Below are positions 50,911-62,680 of a DNA stretch of 64,000 nucleotides, one piece after another. The notes beneath the pieces are model-generated. The model did no database searches, had not been told where the DNA came from, and worked only from the letters and a program-made list of their open reading frames with translations. The DNA is from Trichosphaerium sp. ATCC 40318 (lineage: Eukaryota > Protista > Tubulinea). The DNA is taken from the NCBI GenBank assembly GCA_038496445.1, contig JALMLS010000480.1:205881-269880 (forward strand), written 5' to 3'. The position numbers were made by a program, and so were the translations under genes. Position 1 is the first letter of the stretch. Each line of letters begins with the position of its first letter.

Positions 50911-51461
50911 TTTTCGCGGTCGTCAGGGCGCAAATACGTCATCTAGGTGCGTTTTGTTTATTGACAGACGTACGGAGGCTGAAAACATGATTAACGCTAC
51001 TCTCGTTTTATTACGTGTACTTCTGTACGTGGTTGTACAGATGGCATCGCTTGAGCGATAAACTTGGATGTATTTACCAAATTACGTTGATCCACAATAG
51101 ATTGCTTCAACAGAGCGAAAATAAAATGCCAAATTTCTACAGGGAGCTCCATAAATGCGTTTAAAGTTAAAATTACTTGATGTTAACAAGACGGGGCATT
51201 CAGTGAACATTAGCGTCTAAGGTGGGGTTGTGGAGGGCGCAAGGGCTGTACGTTGAGTAGGGTAAGGGATTGATATGATTCATACAGCAAATTGTAGTAC
51301 TAGAAACATCCGATTTGACACTCCTCCACTGAACGCAGTCAAACTTTTCCTCACTTGTAACTACTCCAATATAAACCAAATCAGTATTTTACTGTGTACT
51401 ACAATCAATCATCTGTGTTGTCAATAGATTCTTTCATTTGTTTCTTAGTTGTCGCCACATA

Positions 51462-52560
51462 CTATTCAGTTGCCTTCTTAGGTTTTATAGGGGCTTGGAA
51501 TGAGTACACCTTTTCACAACAAGTTAGAACATACTCAATGTAGATTCTTACCTGTAAGAAAGACAATCCCATTTGAAGAGCATATAATGTACCTGTACTC
51601 AATGTTGTTGCAATAACAGCTGTATTCTTTGGTGGAGGTATAGCTAAAATTACAATAACGATAAGAAGTAACGACAGTAGTATGGTGTTGGCAACCATAC
51701 GTGTTCGTATCTAAAACAGATTAGCTTATCTAATTTTTTAGATCACTATACTTTTTTTATCATTTTCTCAGATGATGACGGCTTGTCTTTAGTTCCTTCA
51801 GATACCTTATCATATACCTATACATAAGTTAAGCATAGATAGCTTTGGAATATTGAAGAAATCACGCACATGCTTGAGGATGAAAGTGCTGTAGATCAAT
51901 GTGGCGAAATTAGTAGCAAAATTAAGTACATGAGGTAACAGCGTTACAGCACGAGGAGACTGGTTAGTAGCTATACGAGCAATAGATGCAATGAGTTCCA
52001 TAACAACAAGCAGAGAGAATAATACAATAAAGAGTGCTCTGAATAGCCTTGAGTGCAAGAACTTACAACTACTCCTTTATATACAAGAGCTTCATGCCTA
52101 ATTGCAAACTGTTACTACCTGAAAACGGAGGTTATGTATTTCCTTACCAAAACATTGTTATCATCACATTTGTGATTGTAGTAAAAGGTGTACTAAGAGT
52201 AAGAAAAAAGGTATCTGCTTGATAGTGATACAAACGACGAGATCCCAAAAAGTTGACAATACTGATAAGTTTCACTTACAAGCTCTGTTAGTAAATACTT
52301 ATAAAAAAGAACTATAATATACGCACGTGCACTTGCGAAGAGTTCTATGCTTATTGCAATAATAGCCAAAGATATTCCACAAGCTCTATTAATAGTGCTG
52401 GTACAATCTATAATGTATGATAAGTTTTAGCATGGTGTTATCAGGTTACATTATTTCTGAATTATGTACCTCACGAAACATAGTCCCACAACACTCAAGC
52501 AAAATATAGATAGTGTTACTTGAAAAAATGTATGCCAAACACTTGTAAAGTAATATAGGC
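51462..52560 (-). CDS. Multi-pass membrane protein (GPCR-like), possibly 5'-truncated or a pseudogene
   Basis: Several hydrophobic helices on short exons; the apparent N-terminus abuts the MORN pseudogene. Confidence 0.5.
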
Positions 52561-52641
52561 GGTGATGCTATTACTAGGGTCAGGCGTTTAGAGTCCGAAA
52601 GTATATTGATGTTTACAATAAGTCTAAACAGTTTCTTTTCA

Positions 52642-53660
52642 TTACTTTTTTCTTTTATATGCTTGCCCATTTTCATCCCAATACTTGTAGTATCTTTCTT
52701 TGCCATCAACATAAAAAATGTGAATCCGTAGTCGCTCATTGCGGTCCCAACGCTTGCAATCTCCATGATTCACTCCATTTGTGGTATTACACAGGTCCCG
52801 TAGGACACCATTTTCATACCAAGACTTGTACTCTCCTTCAAGTTTGCCATTAACATAAACACAATGGCTTTTGATTTGACCATTGTCGTACCAAGACTTG
52901 CACTCTCCATTAAGTTCATCATCAACATATGCACACTGGGCAATCAGGATACCATTTGTCCCCCATTTCTATGTTTACCTTCAAGTTTATCATTCTGAAA
53001 ATGCGTGTGGCATACCAATTTACCACAGTCATCCCAATGCTTGTACTCTCCATCAAGTTTACCTTTTACAAAGTGGTATTTTTGCATCAAGTAGCCATGA
53101 TCATACCAACGCTTGTATTCTCCATCAAGTTGACCATTAGAAAAGTACCCTTGTTCAGAAAGTTGACCATTCTCATGCCATCTTTTGAACTCTCCATGTA
53201 ATTTACCATGTTCCCAATACTCTTGTATCATAATGGTGGGTTGAATAGCAGTGTTTTCTTCTAGATAATGAGGTTCAAATGTATATTGTTCCAACATGTT
53301 CTTCAAGTTACACTTCAAGTAACTTGAGATTTGTGAGGGTGTTGTAGAATAAGGAAAAGTAAATCGATCTACTTTTCGATGGTGATACAAATCAATAAAA
53401 AAGTGAGAATACGTAAACTTCTCCCATTTCCCGTGTTTGTTCAAGTTATCATCAAATCTCGTGCTTACTGCCAAACATTTACATAAAAGCGGCCATTTGA
53501 GATATTAATATAATATTTCGTTGTCTAGATCAATGATATCACGATGTAGCTCAGTTGGGAGCTCTAGTAAGTGATTTTCACATATTAATGGCGCTATCTG
53601 TTTAATCTTTTAGTTAGCACTTTATATATAACCAACGAGTACCTTGCGTTTAGTTGCCAT
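52642..53660 (-). pseudogene. F-box-like + MORN-variant pseudogene
   Basis: MATKRK, intron, LLELPTELHRDII; in-frame TAA at 53505-53507 and a frameshift at ~52968. Confidence 0.85.
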
Positions 53661-53952
53661 TTGAGGTAGACAGAAAGAGTGCTCTCTTAAGTCGTAGAAG
53701 TAATTAAGTCCGCTTTTTATTAATACCAACGCTAGTTGATAAGACAGTTTAGAACCAACTTTTTCACGTCATATATAATAGCAAAATGGCAGAGATATTT
53801 AACTAAACTTCTTAGAAGTCCAAGTTTGTCTGCTAAAAAATCTCGAAGCAAGTGTTAGTTAGTGGCTTATTTCTGTTTACTATTGTAAGAGGTATGGCGG
53901 TCTGAGTGATAGGAATAAAGGATAACTTTATTATACGTCTTAAAGGCGTGAT

Positions 53953-54612
53953 TTACTTACAATAGAGCGTCCTTACACCATCAACATAAAGAGTTTCAAA
54001 GCATGAAGCCCGGCCACGTAACCACTGCTTACATTTTCCTTCCAGCCTTCCATTGACGTAAAAACAATGCTTCCGCATTTTGCCAGTAGCATACCAACTC
54101 TTGTATTCTCCTTCCAATTCGCCATTGACATAATGGCTGTGCTCTTTTAATTGACCATTATGATACCATAGTTTAACCTCTCCTTCTCTCTTACCATTGA
54201 CATAAAAACAACGCAATTCACAAAAACTGTACTCCTTCCACTCTCCTTCAAGTTTCCCACCAACATAATTATACTCAAGAGACAAATCACCGTTTTTGTG
54301 CCACACTTTCCATTCTCCCTCTTCTTTATCCATAACATAGTTACCTTGTGTTCTGAGCTTACCATTTTCATGCCATTGCTTGTACTCTCCATGAAGCTTA
54401 CCATGGTACCAATATTCTTGACAAACAAGTGTCAACACTGGAGATGTCTTCATTTTGAGCCATTTACTATGTCTATTCAAGTCATCATCGAACCTTGATG
54501 AAGTTGCTGTGTATTTCGACAACAGTGGCCACTTGTAGTACACTTCAAAGTCTAAATCAATGATATCAAGTTGTAATTCGGTAGGAAGACGTAAGAGTAA
54601 GGCAGTATTCAT
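53953..54612 (-). CDS. F-box-like + MORN-variant repeat protein, intact
   Basis: LLRLPTELQLDII; repeats EGEYKxWxxNGxL. Confidence 0.85.
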   Translation of the reverse strand: MNTALLLRLPTELQLDIIDLDFEVYYKWPLLSKYTATSSRFDDDLNRHSKWLKMKTSPVLTLVCQEYWYHGKLHGEYKQWHENGKLRTQGNYVMDKEEGEWKVWHKNGDLSLEYNYVGGKLEGEWKEYSFCELRCFYVNGKREGEVKLWYHNGQLKEHSHYVNGELEGEYKSWYATGKMRKHCFYVNGRLEGKCKQWLRGRASCFETLYVDGVRTLYCK

Positions 54613-55286
54613 CTTTTTCAGTTGTTAACGGCGTAATGGACGATTATTTGTTGTAAAATCTTCAATTAGTTCGTAGAACGTTTTGTTATGTTGTTATTAT
54701 ATGTGGTACCGGACAAGGCACGTGAATGGTACAGGAAGCTAATGTGTTATTAAAGCGCAAACGGGTCAAAGCGAAGTCAAAGCTGCTGGTAGCGCTACTC
54801 CGCCAAGTATAAAGTACCTTGTAGTCGTGATCACGTTTCCGGTAAGCATTTTGCTTGTAGTCAAAGGGTCATTATGCACGTGTTTTTAATCTCAAGGTCG
54901 AATGTGCCAAAACGCAGAACTTTGAAATAATTTGTTTTGTTTTGGATGATTGCTACGCATAAACGAGTATTACCTTGATACATTTCGTGTCCGTGTTGGC
55001 CGCAATGGGTGATATTTCGGCAGTATTGCGTGACACATCTTTATGATTCCTTCTGTGGATGTGTAAACTCTCGTTTTAACTGTTTAAAGACCTAATAGCA
55101 AGGCGAGTATTGTACTCATTAAAGTGCTCCTCATAGTATGAGTGGTATGATTAAACTGTTTTTATTTCTACTCAGGTATAGCATTAAAACCTTTGAGTGA
55201 TTTGATGCATTCTTGTGCTACAGTTTCACATCCAAGAATAGTAAGTAAGCTCACACGCATCTTGTAATTCTCTGATACTGTCATAT

Positions 55287-56519
55287 TTAACCAAGATGAA
55301 TGGTATGTACACCTGTAAGTGCTTTGAGGCCCTCATCTGTTATGTACTTGCAGCGCATGAGATTAATTTCATGAACACTTTTGAGAGCTTTAATGCCTTC
55401 ATCTGTTACATCAGTGTCCATGAGATAAATACAATGAACGTTTTTGAGCGCTTTAATACCTTCATCTGTAAAGTGTTTACATCCACTAAGGTCTATTTCA
55501 TAAGCATCTTTCAGAGCTTTTAAACCTTCATCTGCAACCTTTGTGTTTCTAAGAAATATAGTATGTACACCCTTTAAATATTTTATACCGACATCTGTCA
55601 CATTAGGACAAAAACTAAGGTTGATTTCATGAACACCTTTAAGAGCTTTTAGACCTTCATCTGTAACATTGGTGTCCATAATATCTATAGTATGTACGCC
55701 TTCCAATGCCTCAATACCCTCATCTCGTACAAGAATACTACCACTTAGGTATATTTCATGAACACCTTTTAATGCTTTTACACCCTCATCAGAAATAAGG
55801 GAACAATCAAACATACGTATTGTATGAACACCAGCTAGTGCTTTAAGATCACTATCATTGATTGTACTCTCAACCTCAGCTGTTGTTATGATCTTACGGC
55901 ATCCAAATAGCATTGAATACAAAGTATTCTCTGTCATACCACAAAGTCCAACCAAAGTGTTATTCATTATTCCCTTGTATTGTCTTATCTTTAAGATATC
56001 TTCAACATTGTTTAGGTAAATACAATAATATCCAACAACATCATGGACGATATCTGCCATCAAACGACATGTTTGAGCAACACTGAATCTATCTTCTGCG
56101 TACTCAATGATACTTGAAATAATCTCAGGAGGAAAATCAAGAATATTTTGTACTTTGGTAGTCACGTGATAATTTCTATGTGCTATTGGTAAGCGAAAAA
56201 ACCAAGAAGGCGGGAAAAACGCAAAATGTCGCATTTGGAAGGAGACGCACTTTTTTTTCTTTAATTGCTTTTGTTTTGGTAATGTTACGCCAGTAGGACG
56301 CTGTGCGTGTTGATTGTGAACGTTTACGTCTGTTTCTGCGTGTTTGAAGAGAATTTGATCCAGTTGTTGCACCAGACGCGTGTTTGATGCGTTCAATACG
56401 GTTTCAAGCTGTTTTGTGAGTGTTTCGTGTTTATTCTCAGTAACTTTAATAAAAGCTTCCGAATGGTGATTACGATAATACTTCAACACTTGTTCTATCG
56501 AAACACCAGAAAAGTTCAT
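55287..56519 (-). CDS. F-box-like + LRR protein (subtype B) with an N-terminal extension; probably prematurely terminated
   Basis: ILDFPPEIISSII; repeats LKGVHEIxL..VTDEG; the stop falls mid-repeat and degenerate LRR sequence continues to ~55170. Confidence 0.75.
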   Translation of the reverse strand: MNFSGVSIEQVLKYYRNHHSEAFIKVTENKHETLTKQLETVLNASNTRLVQQLDQILFKHAETDVNVHNQHAQRPTGVTLPKQKQLKKKKCVSFQMRHFAFFPPSWFFRLPIAHRNYHVTTKVQNILDFPPEIISSIIEYAEDRFSVAQTCRLMADIVHDVVGYYCIYLNNVEDILKIRQYKGIMNNTLVGLCGMTENTLYSMLFGCRKIITTAEVESTINDSDLKALAGVHTIRMFDCSLISDEGVKALKGVHEIYLSGSILVRDEGIEALEGVHTIDIMDTNVTDEGLKALKGVHEINLSFCPNVTDVGIKYLKGVHTIFLRNTKVADEGLKALKDAYEIDLSGCKHFTDEGIKALKNVHCIYLMDTDVTDEGIKALKSVHEINLMRCKYITDEGLKALTGVHTIHLG

Positions 56520-56869
56520 TCTGATTTGGGTTATCGTTCTTTTTTGTGAGCTATTTTCGATTTTGTCTAGCAAACTCTGCTTAGCATGCTGACTTAGGAT
56601 TTGCCCTTAAGGCATGGCGAGCCTGACACTTTGCTATCAATATAACAAAGAATCTCAGCCTAGTGGCTATTATCATACAGCTTGTACTCTCCGTAGGTCT
56701 CCAGTGATGTAAAAAACAGTGCTCACTTGGCTAGTTGACTATGTTAGTTGAGGATTGGAGGATTACGTAATTGAATGGTTTACCAGCAGGCAACAACAAC
56801 TCTTAAGAATTCTTAACGCAAGTACTAATGGCAATATTGCGTATATCTGTTGTACATGTATCTCGTGGC

Positions 56870-57095
56870 TCAAAAAACAAGAAACAATGCAGTGTTGATG
56901 ATTTTTATTAATTCGAAACTATCAACTAATCGAGTTGTTATAATTTGAAGGGCTGCCTCAATATTGATGTCACTAGTTTGGACAAGGCTTATACCCAGTG
57001 GTTCAATACAATCTTTTGAGATATCAACACCCTCTAAAAGGTTAATGAGTTTGAGAGATGTGAGGTGTTTCAAGCAATCATTTGTTATTTTGTAA
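56870..57095 (-). pseudogene. Relic C-terminus of a subtype B LRR gene
   Basis: ITNDCLKHLTSLK..ISKDCIEPLGI resembles the end of the 36704 gene (ITNDCLKHLKSLK..ITREDVESMGI). Confidence 0.6.
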
Positions 57096-57437
57096 CCACA
57101 GTTCAGTAAAATCCTATCGAAGCCAATATTGTGACGGATAATGTCGTTATAGGCGACACATTGTAGAAGCTTGTATACGCTGTTTTTATTTAAATAACGA
57201 AAGTGAATACTACTCTGGCGGAAGCTGTGAAAGTAGAATGACTTGTTCTGTCATTGTTTCATCGTATAACAAAACACGTATGAGATAAGTAGTGAAATCG
57301 ATTTGTCACGTGATAAAATCACTGTTGACTGGATTAAGACCATTCAAAATAATCACGTGAATATCCATGTTTTTCTTCTAGTTGTTTTACCCTGCGTCGA
57401 ACCAAACCACTTCATTGACGCAAGCTATAGATTAAAT

Positions 57438-58808
57438 ATGAACGTAAACAGTGCATTCTTTAATGAGATTCCGGTTGAAGTTGTCGTTCATGTTCTACAA
57501 TTTGTTTCATTGTTAACTTTAAGATCAGTTGTCCTTGTATCTAGAATATTCGCTAAAATAGCTACAACTCACTTGGGATACGGTGGAGGAAGACGTATTA
57601 TCCTCAAGAGAAAGAAGAAGCTAAAAAAGCTATTCAAGGAAGCGCCTCACCTCATCAAGACATGCAGAATCGATGTTAGGTTCTCAATCAAACAAAAACA
57701 CTTGAAGTTCTTACAAGGAGCCTATAACCTCAAGCTTTATAGTAGAATTGACCACATTGACTTTGATGGCTTTAAGGTGAACAGCATTGATCTTACTAAT
57801 TGTTTATACACATTTACTGACAAACATCTCAAACGACTTGCAGGAACAAAAAGAATTATAGCGAAGGGTTGTAGATTAATTACAAGCAATGGTATTAACG
57901 CACTGTATGGAGTTCATACAATTAATTTAAGCTTTTGTGGTAATCTTGGAGATGATTGTTTTACAGCATTGGCTGGAGTTCATACGATAAGTTTGGCTAT
58001 TACAAATGTAACAGATAATGGCATCAAGGCATTGGCTGGAGTTCATACAATTATTCTAAGCTTGTGTAAAGTGACTGATGTAGGAGTTAAGGCTTTGGCT
58101 GGTGTTCATACCATCTGTTTAACTCAGTGCAAGCATGTTACGGATGATGGCATTAAAGCACTGGCAGGGGTTAACACAATTAAGTTAAACTGGTGTACAA
58201 AAGTTACTGAAGAGGGTATTGCAGCTTTAGCTGGTGTCCATAAAATTGAGCTCTATAAAACAAATGTTAGAGATGTTAAAGTGCTTGCTGGGGTACACAC
58301 AGTGGGTTTAGGACATTGTACCATCACAAATGACATTGTTATAGCGTTGGCAGGTGTTCATACTATTGGTCTAAACCATTGTGACTCTGTTACAGATGAC
58401 GGCATTAAAGCCTTGGCTGGTGTTCATACAATTGATTTAAGCTTTTGTTTAAAAATAACTGATTGTGGTATTGAAGCATTGGCAGGTGTTCATGCAATTA
58501 ACATTAGTGGCACTAATGTAACGGATAAGGGTATCAAGGCTTTGGCTGGTGTACATACTATCAGTGTAAGAAGTACAAGAGTTACAGATGATGGTGTTAA
58601 AGCGCTTGTTGGCGTTCATGCTATTGATTTGGCTTTTTGTAGAGCTGTCACGGATGATGGAGTTAAAGCCCTTGTAGGTGTTTACTCAATTAACCTCAAA
58701 GGCACTGCAACTTCGAAGAAAATTTATAAATCACTTCCAGAAGTTAAACGACTTGAGCAAAAGCACTATACCTTTTACAGCTTTCCGTTATTTGATATTT
58801 TGATTTAG
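57438..58808 (+). CDS. F-box-like + LRR protein (subtype A), left-arm copy
   Basis: FFNEIPVEVVVHV plus LRR array; intronless. Confidence 0.9.
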   Translation: MNVNSAFFNEIPVEVVVHVLQFVSLLTLRSVVLVSRIFAKIATTHLGYGGGRRIILKRKKKLKKLFKEAPHLIKTCRIDVRFSIKQKHLKFLQGAYNLKLYSRIDHIDFDGFKVNSIDLTNCLYTFTDKHLKRLAGTKRIIAKGCRLITSNGINALYGVHTINLSFCGNLGDDCFTALAGVHTISLAITNVTDNGIKALAGVHTIILSLCKVTDVGVKALAGVHTICLTQCKHVTDDGIKALAGVNTIKLNWCTKVTEEGIAALAGVHKIELYKTNVRDVKVLAGVHTVGLGHCTITNDIVIALAGVHTIGLNHCDSVTDDGIKALAGVHTIDLSFCLKITDCGIEALAGVHAINISGTNVTDKGIKALAGVHTISVRSTRVTDDGVKALVGVHAIDLAFCRAVTDDGVKALVGVYSINLKGTATSKKIYKSLPEVKRLEQKHYTFYSFPLFDILI

Positions 58809-59208
58809 ATTCACCTATACACGTGCACATAATCAAATGGTCTAAATAAAGTACAACAAAGTTGTATGTTGTCACAGCCATAGCTTGTTTAGTGTCAAAA
58901 ATGCCATTGTACATACCTATTATTGAACCAAGAGGCGGCCCCACTTTATTCATAATAATTACAAGGTAATTACATCGAAAAAAAACCTTCCCAGCTTGCT
59001 TGATCAGGCTCCGAAATGTTCCCACAAATTTTGGAGCCACGTGCCAGCGTCGTAACTTAAACCATAATAAGTAAAATTTTAGGAAAGAAAATAAAAAAAG
59101 TACTGAACCAATCGTACAATTGACAAGCATTGTTTTTGCCAAGGTTAAAGTGAACATCATTTGTGTCAATCACTTAACACTACTTAACCAAAGTACGTCA
59201 TACACAAC

Positions 59209-60470
59209 ATGGCAAGCATGTCAAAAAAGACAAAAATAAACGAAGAAACTGATTTAAATCATTCTCAAGTGTTCAACACACTTCCTCAAGAGCTTATTGT
59301 ACATATTTGTGATAAAGTAGAAGCCATAGAAGATTTTAGTTCATTATCAGCGACGTGCTGCTTGTAAGTGCATAAATTAATCAATAACTCTGTGTCCAAG
59401 CACTAACTTGTCTAGGCTCGCTTCAATTTGTTCTTCAGAACAGCTACCGTTTTATCGATGTTTTTATGCTCGAAACTGGTTCTTAGATCCCTATGAACTG
59501 CGCTTACAATTCCCCGACGCGTCACCCAGTGATTGGCTCAGTATGTATAAAAAACGACAAAGCGAAGAAAAATCTATGTTTGCACGTGTCAAGGGCGGAA
59601 ACCTTGAAAAATCATGTGATAGTTTTTACAACTCTTTCTTTCAACTTACCACTTTGGTACGTACATAGAGTACCATGATACTTTGTAATAACCATATTCA
59701 AAAGCGACCACAGTGTTATATTGACAATGACACTGATGCAATAGTATCAAATATTGTACTGAGTGTTCTTTCGTACCGTGCTAGTACTGGTCAGATTTTA
59801 TCACCTGATGACTATGATTTCATTTTTTGGTATATCTATATTTTTTCAAGGGGTACTGGGCAGTTTTATGTGTTGGAAAGAATTATAAAAGAGCCTAAAA
59901 CGGTGAGTACAGAGCTATTGTTTACTTGTTTTTTTCTGGCTTTTCTTCACAGGCTCATTAAGGCCACGTGTTACTGTTTTTTACAATTGGGAATCTGAAA
60001 TAATTGTAGAGGTTGCGTCACTTTATCCCACAGATTGTAGGTTCTAGCAAAGAGGTATTCTACAAACAACGTGTTTGTACACCTAAAGTTCTAGAAGCAT
60101 TGATAAAAAGACTAAAAAATTCAAAAGCTGAAGGGTTAGAAGATGACTATGCTTATTGTTGTGAACTACTATCAGAGTTGTATCCAAAATCATGTAAGAA
60201 CATTTTGTTGTTGGAAACTTTGAAATGTCTTGTAATGCTTTGCTGTACAGACTCATGAATCCAAGATGGCTTTAAAAACAACTTCTTTCATGGTTCATTT
60301 AGACTTGACATAGACAATGTAAATCATCAGAATCTCTATATCTAGGCATCCATATCTATGAAACGTGATTTTATAATCCGTATTCATCATATGAAACTTG
60401 CAGTCCCTAATCACAAAAGTCCTGACTTTGTAAAAATTATTTAATGAAGAACTAGCTGGTATAGTGTAAG
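59209..60470 (+). CDS. Intron-containing F-box protein, left-arm copy; 3' end degenerate
   Basis: VFNTLPQELIVHICDKV..FSSLSATCC, spliced to LASICSS..DWLSMYKKR. Confidence 0.65.
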
Positions 60471-60729
60471 AAAAATGCTTCAAGAAAAGAAAAACGTGTA
60501 TCGTACATGCTGCTTTTGCTAAAGCATCAACAATGTGACATTCTTCTAGTTCACGCTTTATAAAGAAAAATACATCCATACTTCAAACAGATAGACGTCT
60601 ATGTGTTTTCATATCTTCCTCTTTTTCATCATCAAGACTAACTAAAAAAATGACCAATGTATGATGAAGTTACAATAAACGCTGTACATACACTGTTACA
60701 ATTCCATGAAATTTGTTTACATGTGCTTA

Positions 60730-62024
60730 CCTGAATTTAAACCAGCTAGTATGATTCATCTGGGTAATAATTTTAGATACAAAGTCAGGACTACAGTGAT
60801 AAGGGGACCAAGTTTCACAGCATTAAACAGATATAAATCACGTTTCAGATTTGGATCTTCTATCAATTCCTCAGAGAGTTCACATAAACCAAGATTGTCG
60901 TATGCTGCAGAATCTAAAGCTGTAACAGTTGATTAGTACAAACGTTTTTAAAGCCATTGAGCTGTTTAAGATAGTCTGTGACAAGCACGAAGCAGTCACA
61001 AAGACATTTCAAAGTTTCCAACAACAAAATGTTCTTACATGATTTTGGATACAACTCTGATAGTAGTTCACAACAATAAGCATAGTCATCTTCTAACCCT
61101 TCAGCTTTTGAATTTTTTAGTCTTTTTATCAATGCTTCTAGAACTTTAGGTGTACAAACACGTTGTTTGTAGAATACCTCTTTGCTAGAACCTACAATCT
61201 GTGGGATAAAGTGACACAACCTCTACAATTATTTCAGATTCCCAATTGTAAAAAACAGTAACACGTGGCCTTAATGAGCCTGTGAAGAAAAGCCAGAAAA
61301 AAACAAGTAAACAATAGCTCTGTACTCACCGTTTTAGGCTCTTTTATAATTCTTTCCAACACATAAAACTGCCCAGTACCCCTTGAAAAAATATAGATAT
61401 ACCAAAAAATGAAATCATAGTCATCAGGTGATAAAATCTGACCAGTACTAACACGGTACGAAAGAACACTCAGTACAATATTTGATACTATTGCATCAGT
61501 GTCATTGTCAATATAACACTGTGGTCGCTTTTGAATATGATTATTACAAAGTATCATGGTACTCTATGTACGTACCAAAATGGTAAGTTGCAAGGAAGAG
61601 TTGTAAAAACTATCACATGATTTTTCAAGGTTTCCGCCCTTGACACGTGCAAACATAGATTTTTCTTCGCTTTGTCGTTTTTTATACATACTGAGCCAAT
61701 CACTGGGTGACGCGTCGGGGAATTGTAAGCGCAGTTCATAGGGATCTAAGAACCAGTTTCGAGCATAAAAACATCGATAAAACGGTAGCTGTTCTGAAGA
61801 ACAAATTGAAGCGAGCCTGGGCAAAGTTAGTGCTTAGACACAGAGATATTGATTAATTTATGCACTTACAAGCAGCACGTCGCTGATAATGAACTAAAAT
61901 CTTCTATGGCTTCTACTTTATCACAAATATGTACAATAAGCTCTTGAGGAAGTGCGTTGAACACTTGAGAATGATTTAAATCAGTTTCTTCGTTTATTTT
62001 TGTCTTTTTTGACATGCTTGCCAT
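60730..62024 (-). CDS. Intron-containing F-box protein, right-arm copy; 3' end uncertain
   Basis: Inverted near-identical copy of the 59209 gene with a different C-terminal region. Confidence 0.65.
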
Positions 62025-62261
62025 GTTGTGTCTGACGTACTTTGGTTAAGTAGTGTTAAGTGATTGACACAAATGATGTTCACTTTATCCTTGGCTGCAA
62101 AAACAATGCTTGTCAATTCTACGATTGGTTCAGTACTTTTTTATTTTCTTTCCTTATATTTTACTTTTTATGGTTTAATTAGGTTAATCATGGTACGATG
62201 CTGGCACGTGGCTCAAGCAAGCTGGGAAGGATTTTTTTCGATGTAATTACCTCTTGTAATT

Positions 62262-62501
62262 CGGACACACGTTTTTTCCAAATTTTTCGAAAGAAAAAAT
62301 TCGAAAAAATAGAATTCGATACAAAAACCGGATCACTGTATGTGAGCAAAGGTCGGGTTCTAGTTCCGAGCACAGCGAGGACCCGACTGTAAGTGAACCA
62401 GGCGCTTTCTAGTTTAGTGGACTGCCCTAGCTATGCATCTTTCTACGAATTCTATTTTTTTGAATTTTTGTTTTTGGAAAATTCGGAAAAAACTATGGCC
62501 C
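62262..62501. mobile_element. 240-bp MITE with ~55-bp imperfect TIRs and a 9-bp TSD (Mutator-like)
   Basis: CTTGTAATT at 62253-62261 and 62502-62510; empty site in the left arm at ~58957-58965; TIR core gttttttcc.aatttt.c.aaa..aaaaattc(g)aaaaaatagaattcg. Confidence 0.9.
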
Positions 62502-62680
62502 CTTGTAATTATTATGAATAAAGTGGGGCCGCCTCTTGGTTCAAAAGTTGGTAGGTACAAATGGCATTTTTGACACTAAGGCAACAATTGCTTTTTTGAA
62601 ACAAGCTATGGCTGTGATAACATACAACCCTGTTGTACTTTATTTAGGGTATTTGATTATGTGCACGTGTATAGGTGAAT

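Noticed and set aside
25223-54612. An integrated giant-virus genome or bacterial toxin-antitoxin (YwqK-like) modules
   Set aside because: No viral core genes or toxin partners; the genes are interleaved with intron-rich host genes and some contain spliceosomal introns.
60232-61000. Overlapping convergent genes in the palindrome spacer
   Set aside because: The inverted similarity is simply the diverged inner continuation of the two arms.
62325-62445. tRNA gene inside the MITE
   Set aside because: No D-arm or acceptor stem, and the A/B boxes are in the wrong order.
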